Shown: piece after piece, positions 55,433 to 64,000 of the stretch
Numbering within the stretch: the first letter of the stretch is position 1
Layout of the letters: the number at the start of each line of letters is the position of its first letter
Origin: Octopus vulgaris
Taxonomy: Eukaryota
DNA length: 64,000 nt
Assembly: GCA_951406725.2 (NCBI GenBank)
Contig: OX597823.1
Location: 88,226,001 to 88,290,000, forward strand
Direction: 5' to 3'
Program-made: the position numbers and the translations under genes
Notes under the pieces: generated by a model
Seen by the model: only the letters and a program-made list of their open reading frames with translations
Databases searched by the model: none
What the model was told of the DNA's origin: nothing

Positions 55433-56793
55433 ACTATGTATATTATCTAAGCATCTCCTTTTTCTGACTTTATGTTTCCTGCCGGTTCGGCTCTGCTTGA
55501 AGTATCTTTCTCACGAGACTTTCTTACGACATTATAATCACATGTCCTTAGTACCTCTCAGTGGATAAAAGCAACGGCTCCACTTGAAGAGACACGCTGA
55601 TCTCTGCGCTACGCAACCTGTCGGCTTACGTTACTCAAATAATTCTTACCAAGAACACCGTTGAGACCAATCGTATTTGTGATCGTATACTTTCACTAAT
55701 CACCAAATATTCATAACTGTACCTGAGACTAAGCAGTAATACCGAACTGAAATAGCGAATGGGGATTTGTGTTGCCATCTTCAACATATCTGAGGGACGA
55801 ATGCTGATCTGAGTTATTATTGCGCCAGCATCATCCAATTCTAGGATCTAATTCCGCTTCCTGCCTTCCATCACTGGTGAAATACGTTTCTTAAGTGCTT
55901 AAATGTTTGAACATGTGTCAGTAATAACATGTAGTTTACAGATAGAGATATATAAATAGCTTTACATGTGTGTAGCAGCAAGAGCGGATTGTGTCTGACT
56001 GAGAAACGTCGATTTTAAAGGTCACCCAGGAACTATTTTAAAACTCCCAAATCAAAGGATTCTATTTTAGTGCAAGTGAGGGATTTAGTCTAAGTGATAA
56101 CATGCAATGTACAGATAGATAAATATATGTAGTTTTATATGCGTGTGCATGTGTTTGTGTAGGTGATGCTCGCACGTATATATAATAATGTATATATTAA
56201 TATCATGGATATATATGTCAAAATAAAATAACAAAATTCAACTTGCTGCATTGGGGCATGTATGGCTGTACGGTAAGAAGTTTGCTTCCTAACCACAGGG
56301 TTCCTAGTCTGTAGAAGTTATCCTGGAGCTAACTAAACAGCAGAAACGAAGTTTTCAATACTTGGCCACATGAAAGAAAGTACATCCTATCACACCTGCG
56401 TGCCACATCATGACTATAGCTACCAGTCACCCTGTTTCGGCCTTCCATTAAAACCTAGGAATCCGGAAAAATTTTTACCAGAACATACACAGAAGCACAC
56501 AAAAACACGCATGCCCCAGCATGGCGGAAATCCACCTTTTTTCGACCACATCTAATATAAGACTCCACACAAATTGTACCCCTACACACACCGCACGCCG
56601 ACATAAATGCCCCAAGAGTTTTAACCAAAACATAAAAGAAACCACACCAACGAACAAAAGTTTGTACGCCGCCCCGCAAAGGCTATACATATAGTACCAC
56701 TACACACATTCCATTTTCACAAGAACATTTTCACAATATATATATATATTCCTGTAGTTCCAGCTCAGAGCTCCGGCCATGCTGAATCACCGC

Positions 56794-56834
<41 letters not shown>

Positions 56835-56836
<2 letters not shown>

Positions 56837-57047
56837 GGAGTAAACACATAAATGTGAAACAAGGTGGAAAAAGAGTACTCAAATACCAGTGGTAGAGTAA
56901 TATGTTTTATTTAAAGCAGCAGTAAATTCAACAAAACCTGTTACTCTGAGTTTCTCGTTGCCGTTCATCGGACAGTTTTTGCTGATGAACGGCAACGGGA
57001 AACTCAGAGTTACAGGTTCTGTTGAATTTTCTGCTGCTTTAAATAAA
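56835..57047. mobile_element. Inverted PLE pLTR-like pair with an HHR motif in each arm
   Basis: Arms 56906-56971 and 56982-57047 with a 10-nt spacer; C(C/T)GATGA-ACGGCAACG-R-GAAA-CTCAGAG-TW on both strands; (TA)n on both sides. Confidence 0.8.
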
Positions 57048-57099
<52 letters not shown>

Positions 57100-57133
57100 A
57101 AGAATTACCGGTAATGTCCACTGTTTGTATTTA

Positions 57134-57175
<42 letters not shown>

Positions 57176-57326
57176 GTATGTATAGGCATGTTTATAAATA
57201 TAAATATATATCTGTGAGGGTGTGTATGTTTGTTTGTGTGTGTAGTTATAATAATGTAAATAATCTGTGGATGGAATTTATATTTTAATGTATTGTTACG
57301 CGCCGTTGTGTACCGATGTCTGTGAG

Positions 57327-57367
<41 letters not shown>

Positions 57368-59568
57368 AACATGAAATCATAAATAAAACCCTGATTTGGA
57401 TAAAGATCTGCAGATTTTCTTACAATGTTGCAAAGTTATATTACGTGCAGCTTTAATATTATTCCTACTATCTTCTGTAATCAATTCCTACCATAATGCC
57501 ATAATCAGAATTTATTTCCTAATTAAGATAACAATGTATGTACCAGTTAACATAGTCTCGACAAGCAATCGACTATACTATCTATATAGAGAATATTTTT
57601 AAGCCTAGTCAAACACTGTATCTAATAATTTCCATTTTCAAATGTGAGTATTTTCACTTGAAAATTAAAAAGAATAAATTAGGAATTTAAGTATATTACG
57701 TAGAAATATTGCAGTATTTTATATTTCGTTCTCTAGTATGATTATTAAATTAGTAAAAACGTATGTAGTTTGAAATGATGGCTAATTGAATTTCTTTCTA
57801 TGTATTCTTGTATTGGGAAAGATATCGTAATAAGCCAAAAAATTTGCCAAAAAAAAAAACGCTGCCATATAAATTTCAATTTTTATCTTCCCTTTATTTG
57901 AAATATAAATTTAATTTTACTCTATTTATATTACTAAGAATTGATATTAATTATAAGTTTTTTTTTTAGCAACATAAGAAAGTGTTGGTTTTATCTGTTC
58001 GTGATAGGAACCAAAGCTGAAGATTCTTTGCGATAATTTGTCTTGTTAGTAATAACAGTGATAATTACCTTCAGTAGCACCTGCGAATTTTTCACGAAAA
58101 GCACTTTTAAAATATTTTAGTCAAAAGAGAAAGGAGTCATTAAAACATTTGCTGACGAAAAGAAGAGATCTTATTAGCGTTTTCTGTGACATCAAGGCCC
58201 CTGAGTTACAGAGAGAGTGGTTTTTGGAACGAATACTGGAACAAATTGGATTATGTTAAAGGTCCCTGCAAAGTAAAGGACGATATCTTTGAACAAGTGA
58301 AGGATTTAAATATTCTCAGTGATAACATGCAGATCGAGAAATATATGTAATTTTATATGTGTGCGTGTATTTGTGCAGGAGATTTTCGTGAGTATATAAC
58401 ATTAGGTTTATCATGGATGTGTATATCAAAAAGAAAAGTAATAAATTCATCTTGCCGCATAGGTGGAACCGTGGTTGTGTGGTAAGAAGTATGACTTCCC
58501 AACCGCATGGTTCCTAGTCTATAAAATATATCCTGGGGCTCAAGAATAATAACACCAGTCAACTGGTGGTACGAATTACTATTTGGTGCCTTCAACATTC
58601 AAATTCATCCCTTTAAATATCTTTAAAAATGAATTGCACATTTGCTAGCGATTTCAACATTCATATCAACAGGATATATATCTGATGGCTTAAAAACCCA
58701 CATATAACTATGTGTCTTTTTGTTTAAAAAAAGAAGAAATAATACAATAAATAGAATTATGCGAACAGGAAGCGAGTTTCACACACCATGCTTAAAGTGA
58801 GATGAGAATTTATATGATATCAATGTTAATACTGAATGGAATCAGATCTGCATCGAGAATGTTTTTGTGTGAAGAGAAAGGCTTTTATAACAATACAAGA
58901 TAAGGCATGCATACTAAAGAACGCTGTCATTATTGTAATTATATATATTGAAAGAGGAAACATTTTATCTTGCGTAACAGATACTCATGTTCTGCCAGAT
59001 TTAGAATAATCATTTAATAGCATAGAACATGAAATAAATAAATATAACCCTAAACAAACGAGTTTTATCATGTGCGGATACCACATATCGCTTAACATTT
59101 CAAAATGAAACGGGTGTAACGTAAAACATCAATTATCCAAATATATCTGCATCGCAATACTAATGTCGAAGCAAGAAATTATAAAACATCATAACTGTAA
59201 ACATAAGAAAAATCAAATATTTTCATAGTAACGCATGGATGCATACTTACATAGGAGTTTCTAAAATGGATTCCGAAGCCTTACATTTAGAGGGGGTGTA
59301 CTGGTCAATTATATTGAATCATACTTTCGTTGGATGCTCGCGGCATCAATCCAGTAAAGATCAAAGGTAAAGCCGACCTTGGCAAGATTAATGCTCAACA
59401 CACAAAGAGGTATAATGAAATAATATATGGTATTTTACCCGTCCCTCTATTGCTTCTATTAATTCAACAGCCAAGCATTTTGAAATGTCAATATTTAATG
59501 CAAATATTATCGGATTACCGTTCATAAATCATAGACCAATACTATTTTGGGACGTAACATCAAAACGT

Positions 59569-59949
59569 ATACATACATACATACATACATACATACATAC
59601 ATACATACATACATACATACATACATACATACATACATACATACATACATACATACATACATACATACATACATACATACATACATACATACATACATAC
59701 ATACATACATACATACATACATACATACATACATACATACATACATACATACATACATACATACATACATACATACATACATACATACATACATACATAC
59801 ATACATACATACATACATACATACATACATACATACATACATACATACATACATACATACATACATACATACATACATACATACATACATACATACATAC
59901 ATACATACATACATACATACATACATACATACATACATACATACATACA
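59569..59949. repeat. Uninterrupted (ATAC)n, about 95 units
   Basis: Direct inspection. Confidence 0.98.
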
Positions 59950-61162
59950 AATACACAAGTGTAAATATACATACAGGCACGCCTCGCAAGCACGAAGGAA
60001 CGAACACAAACACCTCATAGACAAACAAACGCAAATATTTATTATATAAATAATGTTCTCCTGAAGAATTTCTGCAGATCCTCATCCAGTTGCACAATGA
60101 AATCCCGTATCCAAGGATGCAAATTGCCAGAATATCATACGGAGCAATTGATACTGACTATTTTATATTTTACATATGGTTAGTCTACATGCTCTGACGA
60201 ATACATATTCCTCTTTGGACAGGACGCCGGGCCGTCGTTAGATTACACATTTTCACTTGTAGTTTGGAGCTATGTGAAATGAAGTATTTCGTTCAAGAAC
60301 ACAACTTACCACCCGGTCTCGGAATTGAAACCACAATCTTACGATCATGAATCACACACCCTCACCACTAATCCATGTGCCTCCACATATTTCCCAAGCA
60401 TTTCCTATATGTGCTTGTGTGTGCCTCTCACCAGCTAATCAAAACCTTATCTATAAGACCATTTATTTAACTATAAACATGAATAACGTAAGCAATTAAT
60501 GTTCGTTGGTCATTGGTTTCTATGTATTGTTGGTTTGTTAATTTCCCTAATCATTAGGCAGTGAGCAAAACGGAGAGTACAAAAGAGCTACAGAGAAAAT
60601 TAACATACATTGTACAGCATGACTGTACATACGAGACTCAGCTGCAGGCAATGCTAACGTTCCAAAAATACACTTCTACTGAAGTATTGCAGATATGACT
60701 TCGATGGACAAGATTTCTACTATGCTAATGAAATTCAGAAAAATGAACAAAAAAAACAATAACATATATCTAGTGCAAATATAGAACTGAAAGATTTATA
60801 CAATTTAATTTAATTCTGAAGTAATGAATATTTTTCATTCGAAAATTAGAATTCATTTCATATTGTATCAAGAAACTTAGTACAAGTATCAATTTTGTTA
60901 TGTAAGCCATATTTCATAATATTACACAGAATAGCAAAAGTGTACTTCCAAAGGTACTGCAATATATATATATACTTTAGAATGGTTAATAGCTGATGTA
61001 AATTTTATAATCACATATGTCCTCACATATTCCTTGTTCTTTTTCGTCATTTCTGAACTAATCTCTTTTTAAAATTTACTTGCATAAGTTGCAGGCTAAT
61101 ATGTTCCTTTCATGGAATATGTAGTTCAGGTTTTCATAGTAAAAACATTATAACGTATGCTC

Positions 61163-61370
61163 AAGGTGGCGAGCTGGCAGAATCGTTAGCACATTAAGTG
61201 GTATTTCGTCTGCCACAACGTTCTGCGTTCAAATTCCACTGTGGTCGAATTTGCATTTCATATTTTCCATGTTGATAAATTAAGTATTAGTGAAGCGCCG
61301 GGGTCAATATAATCGATATTTCTCCACTCCCCCCGCATTTCAGGTCTTGTACCTACAGTAGAAATGATTA
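61163..61370 (+). mobile_element. SINE family A
   Basis: GGTGGCGAGCTGGCAGAATCGTTAGC head and GTTCAAATTCC box B. Confidence 0.8.
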
Positions 61371-62317
61371 TAACATATCTGTTTCGATTGACTAAAGTAG
61401 AATGACAGATTTGAACAGACGCACGTGTCTGTATGCAGGACATATCAAGTGTATGAAAAATAGCGCAATCTTATAGGTCAGTCGGTTGTCAATTACAATT
61501 TTAGTTCTATGTATGATATATATACATATATATATATATATGTATATATATATATGAATGTGTGAATGTATATATATAGACATAGAGAGTATGTAAGTGT
61601 ATATACATGCACACGTATATATATACATATATATATGATATGTATGAATGTGTGTGTATATATATATACATTCATAGATATATATCATACATACATACAT
61701 GCATATATATATATACGTGTGCATATATATATACACTTACGTACTCATATATATATATATATATATTCGTACATATGTACACATTCATACATTCATATAT
61801 ATATATCATACATACATACATATATATATATCATGCATACATACATATATATACGTGTGTATATATATACACTTACATACTCATATATATATGTATATAT
61901 ATGTGTGTGTGTGTGTTTATATAAGTATATCTATCTTTCTAACTATTTCTCAATCTGTGTATCAATCTCTTCCTTTCTCTGTCTCTTTCTCTAGTTCTCC
62001 CTCCCTCTCCACAGACACACACACAAACACGTATATTGTCTTTAATACAGAATGACACAAATTTCCAGGAAACAAGAATTAAATTTTTGTGCGCGTTTAA
62101 TTTAAACAATAGATTCTACGAACAATTTACAAAATACTTAGGGGACAAAGATAGAACATGCCATTACGTTTTTAATTCCAAACATGCAGAAACCAAAATA
62201 CACAGCGTAATAATCGTATTATAGCAAAATCAATTAGGTTACAACAGCAACGACGATAACAACAAAAGCAACGACAACAACAACCGCAGCAACAATGACA
62301 ACGATAAATATAATAAC

Positions 62318-62502
62318 CCTTTCTACTAAATGGACAAGCCCGGAGATTTTGTGAAAGGGTTTATCGACTACAAGGCCCTAGATTTTCACTGGTACATAAT
62401 TCATCGACCCAGAAGGGATAAAAAGCAGAGTCGGCCTGAGCGAAATTTGAATTCAGAACGTAAAGACGAACGAAATGCGGCTAAACCTTTTGTCCGACAT
62501 AC
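62318..62502 (-). mobile_element. SINE family A, degenerate
   Basis: ATCGACCC..AATTTGAATTCAGAACGTAAAGACG..GAAATGC motifs. Confidence 0.7.
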
Positions 62503-62559
<57 letters not shown>

Positions 62560-62560
<1 letters not shown>

Positions 62561-63100
62561 GATATAATACGGCAAATATTGTGCTCAAAATCACAGATTT
62601 GCTACAAGTGGGCTACAGGAAATATTCTGCTCAATACCACAAATTTGCTTCTCAGTTCCTTGACCGTAACCAAGTGAGCTTGTCCCTTAGTGGCTGACGA
62701 TATGTGCGTCTCTGATCACGAGCAGAAGTAGTGGGGGAGCATCATAGCCGTGGGTTAAAAGGAATTCTTAGAGGTTTGGATAATTCAACTTTGGAAACAT
62801 GTGTGTTTCGTTCAACATCCTTACCAATACTTATCCAGGGACCTTTTCAGCGGGATGGGCTACTCGACCAGAAGAAAATTCTAACTGGGCCCCACTGCAA
62901 GGTCATGCGCTGTTCATCTTGATATGAGATCACCATGTCGCGCACATATGGTTGTGATACTTGTGCCTGGTGTACCCTTATCAGACGGGTAGTCATGATG
63001 AGTATACTGGGTTCCGTATATTTTACCCCAGTGTCACTTTGATGGCAAGCACTGTTCTCTCACTCAATAATAATAATAATAATAATAATAATGATAATAA
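62560..63100 (+). mobile_element. Non-coding retroposon 3' end with an (AAT)n tail, inserted in (AAT)n
   Basis: GC-richer block bounded by (AAT)n at about 62503-62559 and 63066-63103. Confidence 0.5.
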
Positions 63101-63104
63101 TAAT

Positions 63105-63930
63105 GACGATGTTAAAAATACATTTAAATAGAGAGAACTTCATGGAAACCATAAATACACGGTTATGCTAGTATTGAGATCATCTGCCTCCATTCTGAAA
63201 TTGACAAAGTTTGAGCTGCAGAACTTGAATATAAGAACTAGAAAGCCGCTTCGAATGCATAAGGCAGTGCATCCCAAAAGCAACACCGATCGACTGTATT
63301 TACCAAGAAGGAGGTGGTAGATGATTAATAAAAGCAGAAGGCACTGTTAGTACTGTTTTATTTTGTTCAGCGAAAAGAAAGAGTAATTTCTAAAACCAGA
63401 AATACCCAAACCGTGATGGAAACAGAACAGGGAGACTGAAACAATAAAGAAATAGAAAGAAATAGAACTACATGGTCAATTCGTGCAACAAACCGGGAAT
63501 GTTGGAATTAAAGATCACTGGATTTCTTTGCTGGTCAGGAATTTGGAACGAGAGACATGAACGCTAATTATAGTCTCTCAAGAACAAAACCTTACAACAA
63601 ATCATACAAAGGGAAAGATCGATAAAACTCAGTCAGACCGCAAATCAAGACTCTGTAGGAAAGGATACGAGAGTATCAAGCACATTTTCAGTGAGTGCAG
63701 TACCCTTGCACAAAGGAAATATAAGTGCAATCATAACTGCAAAATTTGATTGTTTTTCGAATGAGAGGTTTAAAAAAAAAACTCCAATGGTATAGGAAAA
63801 TAATTAAAGAAGACTGGATGGAATGCCCTGTAGAGCCTTTACAGAATGTTTGCCTTTTAGGAATAGTAAATATCAGGATTACTGAAAGCACCTCAAAGAT
63901 TATTGAAAGCTTCTAGGTACCTAAGGCTAT
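63105..63930 (+). mobile_element. Degenerate R4/Dong-like (RLE) non-LTR retrotransposon fragment
   Basis: Frameshifted RTRKPLRMHKAVHPKSNTDRLYLPR.GGR, LHGQF, QEQNLTTN, and RLCRKGYESIKHIFSEC (decayed CCHC knuckle). Confidence 0.75.
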
Positions 63931-64000
63931 ATACAATTAGCAAAAGCTACAGATGAATTCAACCAAGAATAAGGCCACTCCGGAGTCAAGTCGTATATTA

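Noticed and set aside
1-64000. Prokaryotic systems (CRISPR, operons, defence islands), rRNA or telomeric arrays
   Set aside because: No repeat-spacer arrays, dense coding regions, rRNA motifs or TTAGGG arrays; the content is metazoan repeat DNA.

Overview
AT-rich, repeat-saturated eukaryotic DNA. The tRNA-derived SINE types and the extreme (TA)n/(TACA)n content suggest a cephalopod such as Octopus (inference). I could not confidently identify any host protein-coding gene, and nearly all supplied ORFs are microsatellite artefacts. The recognisable content is mobile DNA: a near-complete IR/DR Tc1 (DD34E), two DD34D mariners plus maT, DD41D-like and MITE remnants, a 5'-truncated CR1-group LINE, three Penelope-like (PLE, GIY-YIG) fragments, an R4/Dong-like LINE fragment, a non-autonomous Helitron nested in a PLE, a hAT MITE and many SINEs. 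The main signal missing from the ORF track is a set of about ten type I hammerhead-ribozyme (HHR)-like motifs, ranging from near-complete to decayed (best at 29369-29444, 18350-18440, 56933-57015 and 36798-36836). They lie in PLE pseudo-LTR-like, often palindromic, microsatellite-flanked units, and several share a U4C core variant. Other leads are a candidate recursive-splice exon, apparent gene conversion between the two mariners, and a recurrent SINE dimer junction. All alignments, folds and coordinates were worked out by eye.
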